In this document: positions 7,863-17,247 of the stretch, one piece after another | How positions within the stretch are numbered: position 1 is the first letter of the stretch | How the letters are laid out: each line of letters starts with the position of its first letter | Source of the DNA: Candidatus Levyibacteriota bacterium | GTDB taxonomy: Bacteria > Patescibacteriota > Microgenomatia > Levybacterales > UBA12049 | Length of the DNA stretch: 44,665 nucleotides | Assembly (NCBI GenBank): GCA_016204465.1 | Contig: JACQKQ010000034.1 | Location: 1-44,665, forward strand | Reading direction: 5' to 3' | The notes under the pieces: model-generated | Databases searched by the model: none | What the model saw: the letters and a program-made list of their open reading frames with translations, nothing else | What the model was told of the DNA's origin: nothing | Made by a program: the position numbers and the translations under genes

Positions 7863-8363
7863 ATGAATCGTATTTCAAGGTTTATTGTTTTTCTTCTTCC
7901 AAAAGCGTACACACATTGCGATATTCCCTGCGGCATCTACGATCCGCATGCTTCGCAGCTTGCAGCGCACACGGTTATTCGGATGGTAAGCCTTATTAGT
8001 GAACTCACACCAAGCAGTTCTGAACCTCCGTTTGAGGAAAGAAAAAGGATTATCCACCAAATCGCCCGCTACACAAAGGTAAAAGAAGAACATGCCGAAG
8101 CTTTAAAGCATGAAATTCGCGTTCTGTGGGGAGATTATTTTAAGGAAGAACACTTAAAGGAGTATCCGGATCTTCATAATTTAGTTTTTAAAACCATGAA
8201 ACTTGCTTCCAAAGCGCGCCAGGAAGTAAATCACGATGCGGCGCAAGAACTACTCGTTACCGTACAAAAGATTGCTGAAATCTTTTTTAAAACAAAGGGA
8301 CTTACGCCTGTTCGTGTCAAATCTCCCTACCCAACAGGAGGAGAGATTGTTCTCCATAAATAA
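7863..8363 (+). CDS. sodN: Nickel superoxide dismutase precursor
   Basis: Nickel-hook HCDIPCGIYDP after a 17-aa leader. VKEEHAE and LWGDYFK are conserved. Confidence 0.95.
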   Translation: MNRISRFIVFLLPKAYTHCDIPCGIYDPHASQLAAHTVIRMVSLISELTPSSSEPPFEERKRIIHQIARYTKVKEEHAEALKHEIRVLWGDYFKEEHLKEYPDLHNLVFKTMKLASKARQEVNHDAAQELLVTVQKIAEIFFKTKGLTPVRVKSPYPTGGEIVLHK

Positions 8364-8366
8364 ATA

Positions 8367-8663
8367 ATGCTTCTTTCGCTCTTTCGTATCCACGGCCACA
8401 GCATGGAACCAACCATCTTAAATGGTTCAATCGTTCTTGCGAGCTTGCTTCCATTTTTTTTTCGAGAACCAAAAACAAACGATATTGTTGCATTTGCAGA
8501 TCAACAAACTAAAAAAATATTTATCAAGCGAATTGTAAAACATGAAGGTCAAAAATTCTATCTTACCGGTGATAACAAACATGATAGTCTTGATAGCAGA
8601 AAAATCGGGTGGGTAGGTCGCAACGATATTGTTGGAAAAGTTATACTAAGATTACATTTATGA
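8367..8663 (+). CDS. sodX: NiSOD maturation protease (S26 family)
   Basis: GHSMEPT, IKRI and GDN..DSLDSR motifs. Directly downstream of sodN. Confidence 0.9.
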   Translation: MLLSLFRIHGHSMEPTILNGSIVLASLLPFFFREPKTNDIVAFADQQTKKIFIKRIVKHEGQKFYLTGDNKHDSLDSRKIGWVGRNDIVGKVILRLHL

Positions 8664-9184
8664 GTTTTTTCCTAGTAAATCTTATTCTATTAATCATTAT
8701 TGCATTGCTGCTTATTCTACTATCCTGGATCTGGCCGCCGGATTCTCCTTGGAGCCCGTGGTGGACGACAAAAGATCACGAAATTCGCCAAGCATTGAAA
8801 CTAGCTAAGGTCACGAAAAAAGACACTGTCTACGAGTTGGGATGCGGGAATGGAAGATTTTTAATTATTGCCGCAAAGGAGTTTGGCGCAAGGGGGGTTG
8901 GGATTGAGATTGATCCTCTGCGATTCTTCATTGCCACTCTAATGATACATATCAATAGAGTAAGCGATAAAGTAGTTATCAAACGAAAAAATTTCTTCGA
9001 CGAAAACCTTTCAAAAGCAACAGTGGTATACGTTTATCTTGTCCCAAAAGCTCTCAAACGGCTTGCTCCTAAGTTTAAAGAGGAGCTAAAGAAAGATACC
9101 CGTATTGTCAGCTACCGTTACGAAACCCCCTTAATGCTAAAAAAACACCGTACGGCAAGCAATCTTAGACTGTATCTAGTATAG
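8660..9184 (+). CDS. Membrane-anchored class I SAM-dependent methyltransferase
   Basis: VYELGCGNGR, GVGIEID and ATVVYVYL motifs. The ATG at 8660 overlaps the sodX stop. Confidence 0.85.
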   Translation: MSFFLVNLILLIIIALLLILLSWIWPPDSPWSPWWTTKDHEIRQALKLAKVTKKDTVYELGCGNGRFLIIAAKEFGARGVGIEIDPLRFFIATLMIHINRVSDKVVIKRKNFFDENLSKATVVYVYLVPKALKRLAPKFKEELKKDTRIVSYRYETPLMLKKHRTASNLRLYLV

Positions 9185-9216
9185 ATAACTTCAACTTTTT
9201 AGTGAAAACTTACACG

Positions 9217-11016
9217 CTAGCTCTTAAGAATTGATAAAAATGCCTCTTGGGGGATTTCTATCCTGCCAACCATCTTCATCCTTTTCTTTCCCTTTTTCTG
9301 CTTTTCTAACAGCTTGTCTTTTCTGGTCCTATCGCCACCATACAGTTTGGCTGTAACATCCTTCCTGTAGGCGGATAGTGTTTCTCTGGCAATGACTTTT
9401 CCTCCTATGGCTGCTTGTATTGCTACTTCAAAGTTTTGTCGTGGTAAAACCTCTTTTAACTTCTCCACCATTTTTCTGCCTATAGATAACGCTTTTTCTC
9501 TCACTATGATTTGCGATAGCGCATCTACCTTTTCACCTGCCACTATAATATCCAATCTCACCGCATCAACAGCCCTAAATTCTAAAAACTCCCAGTCAAG
9601 CGAAGCAAAACCAGAGGAAACCGACTTTAACCTATCATAAAAATCTGTTACCATCTCGGATAGGGGCATTTCGTATGTTAAGGCAACTTGAGACCCGAAG
9701 TGCTGCATGTTTTTAAAAATACCTCTTTTGTCTTGTGCTAAATCCATGACGCTACCAATGTATGTTTGCGGTACAAAGATCTCCAACCGTGCCCAAGGTT
9801 CATGTAAGTCCTTTAATTCCTCTCCTTGAGGGAAATCAGAAGGGTTATGGACCCTTTTACGACCAAACATGTATTCGACACTTGGTACAGTAGCAATTAC
9901 ATCCGCGCCAAATTCCTCTGACAACCGCTCCTGTACCACCTCTGCGTGAAGCAAGCCTAAAAATCCGCACCGAAAACCAGCGCCCAAAGCATGGGAATGC
10001 TCCAGCTCAAACGTAAAAGCCGGATCTGTGAGTCTAAACTTACCTAACGCTTCTTTTATATCCTGGAACTCCTTCTGAGCTATTGGGTAGAGTCCGACAA
10101 AAACCATGGGTTTTACTTCTTTGTACCCTGGTAAAGGTTTCGCATCGCATGTATTAGAAATAGTATCTCCAACCCTCACTTTATCCGGTTCCTTAATGCC
10201 TGTAGCTATATAGCCAATTTCTCCCTCTTTAAGGCTTTCTGTGGGTGTAAGCTGTGGGGCAAAATAACCTTTCTCTAAAACTTGTCCTTTGGCTTTTGTT
10301 CCCAAAAAATTAATCTCTGATTGATTCGGAGGAACATCGCCTTCTACTACTCTTACCTGTGCTACCACACCTTTAAAAGAGTCAAAAAAAGAATCAAATA
10401 TCAGAGCCCTTAGATTTCTGTCTATATCAATCTTGGGGTTTAATACGTTCACACCTAAGGATTTTGGGGGTGGGATACACTTAACTATGGCTTGTAAAAG
10501 TTTGTCTACTCCTTGGCCGGTTTTCCCAGAAACCAAAAGTATCTCACCCTCATCGAAACCAAAGGTTTCTTGAAGCTGTTTTTTAACTTCCTCTATATCT
10601 GCGTTGGGAAGGTCAATCTTATTCACTGCTGGAATGAGCGTGACATTTTGCTCCAGCGCAGCCAAACCATGTGATAGCGTTTGGGCCTGAATCCCCTGCG
10701 TTGCATCAACAAGAAGAATTGCTCCCTCAACAGCAGCAAGTGTCCTTGAAACTTCGTAGGAAAAATCAACATGGCCTGGGGTGTCAATTAAATTTAAAGT
10801 ATAGGGTATAGCGTTTAGCGTATAGTTAAGACGAACTGGTGCGAGTTTAATTGTAATTCCCCGTTCTCTTTCTAGGGCAAGAGAGTCTAAAAACTGGGGC
10901 TTAAGCTTCTCTTTTGGGATAGTACCGGTTATCTCAAGCATCCTGTCAGCAAGTGTAGACTTACCGTGATCAATATGCGCTACTACACAAAAGTTTCTGA
11001 TATTATTTTGCTGCAT
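9217..11016 (-). CDS. lepA: Translation elongation factor 4
   Basis: IRNFCVVAHIDHGKSTLADR, LIDTPGHVDF, GFRCGFLGLLH and KDVTAKLYGGD motifs. Confidence 0.98.
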   Translation of the reverse strand: MQQNNIRNFCVVAHIDHGKSTLADRMLEITGTIPKEKLKPQFLDSLALERERGITIKLAPVRLNYTLNAIPYTLNLIDTPGHVDFSYEVSRTLAAVEGAILLVDATQGIQAQTLSHGLAALEQNVTLIPAVNKIDLPNADIEEVKKQLQETFGFDEGEILLVSGKTGQGVDKLLQAIVKCIPPPKSLGVNVLNPKIDIDRNLRALIFDSFFDSFKGVVAQVRVVEGDVPPNQSEINFLGTKAKGQVLEKGYFAPQLTPTESLKEGEIGYIATGIKEPDKVRVGDTISNTCDAKPLPGYKEVKPMVFVGLYPIAQKEFQDIKEALGKFRLTDPAFTFELEHSHALGAGFRCGFLGLLHAEVVQERLSEEFGADVIATVPSVEYMFGRKRVHNPSDFPQGEELKDLHEPWARLEIFVPQTYIGSVMDLAQDKRGIFKNMQHFGSQVALTYEMPLSEMVTDFYDRLKSVSSGFASLDWEFLEFRAVDAVRLDIIVAGEKVDALSQIIVREKALSIGRKMVEKLKEVLPRQNFEVAIQAAIGGKVIARETLSAYRKDVTAKLYGGDRTRKDKLLEKQKKGKKRMKMVGRIEIPQEAFLSILKS

Positions 11017-11063
11017 GCATGGTATTATAGCGGATTAATAGGTATGAGGCTACTTGCCTTATG

Positions 11064-12725
11064 TCAAGGATTGATCTGGTGAGTTCCTTCGATAGTTTCT
11101 TCCCTCTGCTCTAAGATCTCACGCCAGTTGCCGATGCGTTTAAAAATAAGAATATATGTTGCTGCTTCCTTTACATTAAAAAGCCAGGTTAAAAAAAGAT
11201 ATAACGATAATCCAACAAAGCTTGAAATGCCAGTTATAAGCAGCAGCCCAATTGTTCTTGTTGTATCAATAACAAGTTGGTCGAGAAGTTTTATCGGGAT
11301 ATACAGTGCAAAACCCGTAAAAACAGATGCAGTAAAAATTTTAACAGTTGGGTAAAAAAGCGCATTTCTTTCAAACCCTCCAGTTTTTTTGCCAAGAAGT
11401 ATTAGCAACGCAACAAGACTGACAACTCCGGAAATTGAATGGGCAAGCGCAATGCTCTCAACGCCAAAATTCAAGCCAAGCACAAAAAGAAAACCTAGTA
11501 TAATTGTCAACCCTGTTGTAAAGATACCGACAACGAGTGGTGTTTTTGTGTCGTGCAACGCGTAAAAACCTCGAGAAACAAGGTATATAAGCGCTTGTGC
11601 AAAAATCGCTACGGAGAAAAATGCAAGCGTTTTTCCAGTAAGCACGGTTGCTTCCCAGTCAAACTGCGCTGCACCAAAAACAAGGCGAACAAATGGTATG
11701 CGTAGCACTAAAAACAGTGCAGAAACGGGGAGTACAAGATAGAGCATTTGCGTGAAACTTGCCAAGAATGTTGCCTTAAATTCTAAAAGCCGTTTCCGTT
11801 CGGCAGACAAAACTGGGAAGGCAGCCTGCGCTATTGTTTGACCAAAAAGGACGACTGGCGCAAACGCAAGTGTCTGCGCGTAGTCAAAAATTACATAGTT
11901 TCTCCCAGGAGAAGCAAGCAAAGAGATAAGCGCCACAATTGCTATGGTTCCTAACTGAAAAACGCCAATAGATAGCGTCCTGGGCCACATAAGCCGAAAC
12001 ACTTCCTGCACACCTTCATTTCTCCATGATAATGTGGAATAAAACCGATAGTCAACTTTTTTGATCATGGGAATTTGTGCAAGACAAAAGATAAGTGCAC
12101 CTAAAATAACGCCGTAGGCTGCAGCATAAATCCCAACAAATGGCGAAAGGATAACAATACCAATAATAATTCCAAGATTGTACATCGCCGCAGCAATCCC
12201 AGGAACAAAAAAATGGTTATATGACTGCAAAACCGTTGAAAGAAAACTTCCTACAATAAACAACAGTTCCCCAAATATAACAATTCGCATTAAAGAGCCC
12301 ATCAGAGCAATGTGCTCACTGTCAAATCCCGGTGCAATAATCCTTGAGAAAAACTCCGGAAAGAGAAACAGAAACAATGCGCAGAAAGAAAAGGCAATCA
12401 ATCCAAAAAATAGAAGCGACGAGGAAAATGCGTATGCTTCTTCCTTCTTCTCTTTTGCAAGGTAATCAGAAAAAACAGGAATAAATGCCGATGATAGTGC
12501 GCCGGCAATAAGAAGTTGGAAGAAAAAGTCAGGCAGTTTTGTTGAGGCAAGATACACTCCTAATGTATCTGATGCGCCAAAGATTGAAACAAGCAAACGT
12601 TGTCTAACAAGGCCAAGAATTTGGGAAAAAATAACAGTAGCCATAATAATAAACGCGGCAGACAGTATATTTGTTTGCCGCCGCATGAGCATTGCAATGC
12701 TTTTTTGAAAAAGGTTTAAGGGCAT
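11064..12725 (-). CDS. murJ: Lipid II flippase MurJ/MviN
   Basis: LGLVRQRLL, LPDFFFQLLIAGALSSAFIPVF and FYALHDTKTP motifs. Many TM helices. Confidence 0.92.
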   Translation of the reverse strand: MPLNLFQKSIAMLMRRQTNILSAAFIIMATVIFSQILGLVRQRLLVSIFGASDTLGVYLASTKLPDFFFQLLIAGALSSAFIPVFSDYLAKEKKEEAYAFSSSLLFFGLIAFSFCALFLFLFPEFFSRIIAPGFDSEHIALMGSLMRIVIFGELLFIVGSFLSTVLQSYNHFFVPGIAAAMYNLGIIIGIVILSPFVGIYAAAYGVILGALIFCLAQIPMIKKVDYRFYSTLSWRNEGVQEVFRLMWPRTLSIGVFQLGTIAIVALISLLASPGRNYVIFDYAQTLAFAPVVLFGQTIAQAAFPVLSAERKRLLEFKATFLASFTQMLYLVLPVSALFLVLRIPFVRLVFGAAQFDWEATVLTGKTLAFFSVAIFAQALIYLVSRGFYALHDTKTPLVVGIFTTGLTIILGFLFVLGLNFGVESIALAHSISGVVSLVALLILLGKKTGGFERNALFYPTVKIFTASVFTGFALYIPIKLLDQLVIDTTRTIGLLLITGISSFVGLSLYLFLTWLFNVKEAATYILIFKRIGNWREILEQREETIEGTHQINP

Positions 12726-12761
12726 ATTGTTTTTTACAGTATATCATGCTAAAATGCGTCC

Positions 12762-12989
12762 ATGCCAGTAATAAAATCAGCAAAAAAAAAATTACGACAA
12801 GATCGAAAAAGGAAACAAAGAAATGATGCGTTCTACTCACATGTTAAAAAATTGTTAAAGCAGGCAAGGAAAAGTCGTTCAAAAGAATCAGCTCGCAAGG
12901 CAACACAAGCTGTTGATAAAGCGGCAAAGAGAGGACTTTTACACAAAAATAAAGCTGCGCGGATAAAATCTTCTCTGGTAAAAAAATAG
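12762..12989 (+). CDS. rpsT: 30S ribosomal protein S20
   Basis: MPVIKSAKKKLRQ...VDKAAKRGLLHKNKAARIKS. Confidence 0.96.
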   Translation: MPVIKSAKKKLRQDRKRKQRNDAFYSHVKKLLKQARKSRSKESARKATQAVDKAAKRGLLHKNKAARIKSSLVKK

Positions 12990-13039
12990 ATGCATTTTGC
13001 TTTGACAAACAATTCAAATTCTCCTAGACTACAATTAGT

Positions 13040-13624
13040 ATGGGGAAAAATCTGCCAAACGCTAGACCATTTTTACCTGCGATTAATTTATTTAAAGGAC
13101 GACAGCAACACCTCGCAGATAAAATTATTAACTGGGCTCTCTCTGTTGGCCGTGTCATTGTAATTGTTGCCGAAGCAGTCGCGCTATCGGCATTTCTCTA
13201 TCGTTTTTCTTTAGATCGAGAACTAATTGACCTTAATGACAAAATAGAACAACGTCTCGCAATAGTTGATCGTGCAAAAAACACCGAAGGTGCGTTTCGC
13301 AACCTTCAAGAACGGCTGACTGTCATAAAGAATCTTTCTGCATCTGGAAAAGAAGTTGTTTCTCTTATGCAAGTTGTTTATTCTCTTGCTCCCTCTGGTT
13401 TTGTTATTAATGACTTATCTATCCTGGAAGATAAAGTAAAAATTGATGCATCCGTTCAATCTCCATTACTGATAACAACCTTTGTAAAGGAGCTAAAAAA
13501 ATATCCCAGTATTATTAATGTCAGTTTAGATCGGATAGAAAACAAGACGTCTTCGGCAAAGATTGGTATTGTGCTCTCCGCGCAGTTAAAACAAGAAAGC
13601 AAGCAAAAAGACAAAAATAAATAA
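13040..13624 (+). CDS. PilN-like type IV pilus assembly protein
   Basis: INLF motif, TM helix, coiled coil and a ferredoxin-like C-terminal region. Precedes the PilO-like gene. Confidence 0.6.
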   Translation: MGKNLPNARPFLPAINLFKGRQQHLADKIINWALSVGRVIVIVAEAVALSAFLYRFSLDRELIDLNDKIEQRLAIVDRAKNTEGAFRNLQERLTVIKNLSASGKEVVSLMQVVYSLAPSGFVINDLSILEDKVKIDASVQSPLLITTFVKELKKYPSIINVSLDRIENKTSSAKIGIVLSAQLKQESKQKDKNK

Positions 13625-13625
13625 T

Positions 13626-14222
13626 ATGGTAAAACTATTCCATCAATCTATAGGAAATCTCACCGTACCTCCTGCTTTTAAAAATAAACGTACACAAATG
13701 TACACATCACTTGTGCTCACGCTCTGCGCGCTTTCATTTTTTGGTATATTTGTTATAAACCCGAGCCTTTCAACAATAACCCTACTGCAGAAAAAACTTG
13801 CAGACAGCAGAGAAGTCGAAAAAAAACTTCAAGAAAAAATAACTAATCTTCGCATGCTACAAGAACAATACGTAGCAATTAAAAACGATGTTCCCTTGGT
13901 GCTGCAAGTTTTGCCAAATAGTCCCCTTGTACCAATTCTTGTAGGGCAACTGCAGACGGTTGCTAAACAGTCAAATGTCAAACTTACAAAGCTACAGGCA
14001 TTTCAAGTTGAGCTTTCGCCAATGCTGGAAAATCCCGATAAGTACATAGCGTTTAATGTTGCGCTCGATGTATCCGGCACCTATGGAGATATTGCAACAT
14101 TTATTAATACACTTACTAACTTTGATCGAATATTCTCAGTTAAAAGTATTTCTCTGACGAGAAGTGCGACCTTGGATGAGTATTCCCTTACCATACGGGG
14201 AGAAGCATATTTCAAGAAATAG
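13626..14222 (+). CDS. pilO: PilO-like type IV pilus assembly protein
   Basis: TM helix plus coiled coil. VSGTYGDIATFINTLTNFDRIFSVKSISL motif. Confidence 0.75.
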   Translation: MVKLFHQSIGNLTVPPAFKNKRTQMYTSLVLTLCALSFFGIFVINPSLSTITLLQKKLADSREVEKKLQEKITNLRMLQEQYVAIKNDVPLVLQVLPNSPLVPILVGQLQTVAKQSNVKLTKLQAFQVELSPMLENPDKYIAFNVALDVSGTYGDIATFINTLTNFDRIFSVKSISLTRSATLDEYSLTIRGEAYFKK

Positions 14223-14223
14223 T

Positions 14224-14550
14224 ATGAAAAAACGTGAGATTATTTTTATCCTCTCGTCAACATTTGTTGTAGTTGTTGCATGGATTGCATTTAGCATTTA
14301 CCACAACAGAATCACATCAACGATTCCCGATGCCCTAAGTATCAAGATAGCGCCAATTGAAAAAAGCTTTGATCTTGAAACAATCGAAAATCTTAAAACA
14401 AGGGAGCGCATCTCACCAATTTCTGAATCTGATTTTCTCTTGCTACAACAGACAACTCCTCCGCCAACTGGCGGACCAACGCCACAAGCGACGCAGTCAG
14501 CATTGCTATCTCCAACTCCAGCAACGCAAGGAGGAACGCTTGGACGATGA
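14224..14550 (+). CDS. Hypothetical membrane-anchored protein with Pro/Thr tail
   Basis: ATG at 14224, N-terminal TM helix, overlaps the next gene. Confidence 0.65.
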   Translation: MKKREIIFILSSTFVVVVAWIAFSIYHNRITSTIPDALSIKIAPIEKSFDLETIENLKTRERISPISESDFLLLQQTTPPPTGGPTPQATQSALLSPTPATQGGTLGR

Positions 14551-15950
14551 AACGAAGTTTATGGGAACTAAGGATTCCGACATTGCTTGTTTTAGTATTT
14601 CTTGTCATCGGAACATTTGCGACGTCTTATCTTGTACAAATAGGCATAAATCTTACCGGCAAAGCATCTATTCCTGAAAATCCAGAAAATGTCCGGCTGG
14701 CTAATATAGAAGATACATCGTTTACTGTTTCTTACACAACACAAGCAAGTGTCCTAAGCAGTGTTGCTTATGGTGAAGATGCATCTCTTGGCAACACAGC
14801 GGTAGATGAGCGTGATGGCACTAAGGTAAGCCAGCGTAAGACACACAGTATTATCGTGAAAAACCTCGAGCCTGAAACGACTTATTTTTTTTCTATACTT
14901 TCAGGTGGAAAAACTTTTCTTAATGGAAATAAACTCTTTGAAGTGACAACAGGAAAAACTTTGCAATCAAAACCACCAAAGCGCGTCGTAAAAGGAAAAG
15001 TGCTTGTTCAAAATGGCCAATCATCAGAGGAAGTTATTGTGTACCTGACCGCCGACAATACCCAAATGCTCTCGTCTGTTCTAAACGAAGAAAATGAATA
15101 CACATTTAACATAAGTAAACTACGAACCGAAACGCTTGCATCTCTTGCCGGACTTTCAGACAACACACCACTTAACATTCTTGCAATCTCAGAAAGTATG
15201 CAATCAACAGCAACGATTCTGGCAAAAAACGCAGAAACTATTCCGCCAATCACACTTTCTCAAAATTACGATTTTACAGCAAGTCCACTTTCCATTGCAC
15301 CAAAAGCTTCTTTCTCTGCAACGCCGCTTGCAGGCAATATCGGGTTTCCAAGTTTATTGGCAAGTCAATCTGCATCAATAAAACCCGAAATTCTTACCCC
15401 AGATGAAGGCGAACAATTTTCCGATCAACGCCCTATTTTTAGAGGCAAAACAGCACCAGGCGAGAAAGTTGAAATCACCATTGAATCGGAGCCAATAACA
15501 GCAGAAGTAACTGCAGATAAAAGCGGTAACTGGTCGTACCGTCCACCCTCGGCGCTTGCACCGGGAGAGCACTTAATAACAATTACGACAAGAGACAAAT
15601 TTAGTATAGCGCAGAAAATTACTAAATCCTTTACCGTCTTTGCCGCCGGTACGCAAGTGAGTCAAACGGCAACACCATCGGGAGAGCTGACAATAACACC
15701 GTCTCCTACAGTACCAATATCGGCAACACAGGCGCAATTACCAATTACACCAACAGCGGTTCCCTCGCTATCACCTAGCCCAACACCAACAGCGCAACCA
15801 ACTCTTATTCCAACAGCAGTTACGACATCGCTTCCAACGCTTCCGCCAGCAGGGGATACGTCAGTAAACATTGTTGGACTGGGCGCATTGACAATTGCTG
15901 GCATTGGGATTATTCTATTGCTTCTTAGCCGCATACCTAGCCCGCTATGA
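14547..15950 (+). CDS. Surface protein with FN3-like and bacterial Ig-like domains, Pro/Thr linker and C-terminal TM helix
   Basis: PENVRLANIEDTSFTVSY...NLEPETTYFF (FN3-like). RPIFRGKT...ADKSGNWSY...LAPGEH (Ig-like). Confidence 0.75.
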   Translation: MKRSLWELRIPTLLVLVFLVIGTFATSYLVQIGINLTGKASIPENPENVRLANIEDTSFTVSYTTQASVLSSVAYGEDASLGNTAVDERDGTKVSQRKTHSIIVKNLEPETTYFFSILSGGKTFLNGNKLFEVTTGKTLQSKPPKRVVKGKVLVQNGQSSEEVIVYLTADNTQMLSSVLNEENEYTFNISKLRTETLASLAGLSDNTPLNILAISESMQSTATILAKNAETIPPITLSQNYDFTASPLSIAPKASFSATPLAGNIGFPSLLASQSASIKPEILTPDEGEQFSDQRPIFRGKTAPGEKVEITIESEPITAEVTADKSGNWSYRPPSALAPGEHLITITTRDKFSIAQKITKSFTVFAAGTQVSQTATPSGELTITPSPTVPISATQAQLPITPTAVPSLSPSPTPTAQPTLIPTAVTTSLPTLPPAGDTSVNIVGLGALTIAGIGIILLLLSRIPSPL

Positions 15951-17236
15951 AAGTTGCAATAGTTGGCGCCGGATTCACAGGATTATCTGCTGCATACGAG
16001 CTTATTAAATACGGCCATCAGGTGACTGTTTTTGAGAGAGACGAGAAACCGGGCGGGCTTGCAATTGGATTCTCGCATAGGCACTGGCAATGGACGCTTG
16101 AGGCACACTACCACCATTGGTTTACCAACGATACAGCGGTTTTATCCTTAGCAAAGGAAATTAACTTTCCCGTTCTTATCAAACGACCGAAAACTTCTAT
16201 GTACCTGGATGGTTCAGTAGGCCAATTTGATTCCCCTCTTTCTGTTTTAACATACTCTAAGCTTTCAGTCTTGAGCAGGCTTCGTATAGCAGGTGTCATT
16301 GGCTTACTTCGATATAATCCATTTTGGCAGCCACTCGAAGCATTCCATGCAAACACATTTTTAGAGCGCGCCATTGGAAAGGAAGGATATAAAAAGATTT
16401 GGGAACCATTACTTGTTGGAAAATTTGGCAAACAAGCAAGTGATGTTTCGCTTGCCTGGTTTTGGGCACGGGTTAGGAAACGGACCCCATCCCTTGCGTA
16501 TCCAGAAGGAGGCTTTTTACAGTTTGCAAGAGCACTGCAAAAAGCGATTGAGCAACAAGGTGGAACCATTCACTTTAACACTGATGTAGCTGAAATCAAA
16601 AGCAATAAGGATGTTGTGATAAAATTTAAAAGAATTGGAAATTCGTCCGCCAGCCGGCGGATTGAAATTAGAAATTATGACGCCGTCGTCGTCACTCTCC
16701 CTTCATTTCTTTTCTTGCGCATCGCTCCACAATTACCACCAGTGTATCGAAATCAACTAACCCAACTTAAAGGACTTGGCGCGATTAATCTTATCCTTAG
16801 ACTTAGCAAACCTTTCCTCTTGGACAATACATACTGGCTTAATATTTGCGACCAACCTTCGCCCATACTTGCCGTTGTTGAGCATACTAACTTTATGGAG
16901 AAGAAATATTATAACAATGAACATATTGTATATCTTGGCAATTACTTACCCCAAGATCATCGTTATTTTCAAATGGACGAAAACGCATTGCTCAAAGAAT
17001 TCGATCCGCTCCTTAAAAAAATAAATCCGCATTACAAAAAACAAATTATTGGCGCTCATCGGTTTGTTACACCTTTTGCGCAACCGATTATTCCCATTAA
17101 CTACTCAAAAATTATGCCTTCGTTTGTAACGCCGTTGAGGAATGTATACTTAGCAAATATCCAGCAGGTGTATCCCTGGGACAGAGGGACAAACTACGCA
17201 GTAGAACTTGGTGAAAAAGTAGCAAAACTAATCTGA
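15947..17236 (+). CDS. FAD-dependent oxidoreductase (amine oxidase/protoporphyrinogen oxidase-like)
   Basis: VAIVGAGFTGLSAA, FERDEKPGGLA and YPWDRGTNYAV motifs. Confidence 0.85.
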   Translation: MKVAIVGAGFTGLSAAYELIKYGHQVTVFERDEKPGGLAIGFSHRHWQWTLEAHYHHWFTNDTAVLSLAKEINFPVLIKRPKTSMYLDGSVGQFDSPLSVLTYSKLSVLSRLRIAGVIGLLRYNPFWQPLEAFHANTFLERAIGKEGYKKIWEPLLVGKFGKQASDVSLAWFWARVRKRTPSLAYPEGGFLQFARALQKAIEQQGGTIHFNTDVAEIKSNKDVVIKFKRIGNSSASRRIEIRNYDAVVVTLPSFLFLRIAPQLPPVYRNQLTQLKGLGAINLILRLSKPFLLDNTYWLNICDQPSPILAVVEHTNFMEKKYYNNEHIVYLGNYLPQDHRYFQMDENALLKEFDPLLKKINPHYKKQIIGAHRFVTPFAQPIIPINYSKIMPSFVTPLRNVYLANIQQVYPWDRGTNYAVELGEKVAKLI

Positions 17237-17247
17237 ACAATACAACA

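Noticed and set aside
15660-15860. Pro/Thr-rich repeats in surface proteins (also ~30560-30660)
   Set aside because: These are ordinary low-complexity linkers with codon-period repeats, not the period-7 family.
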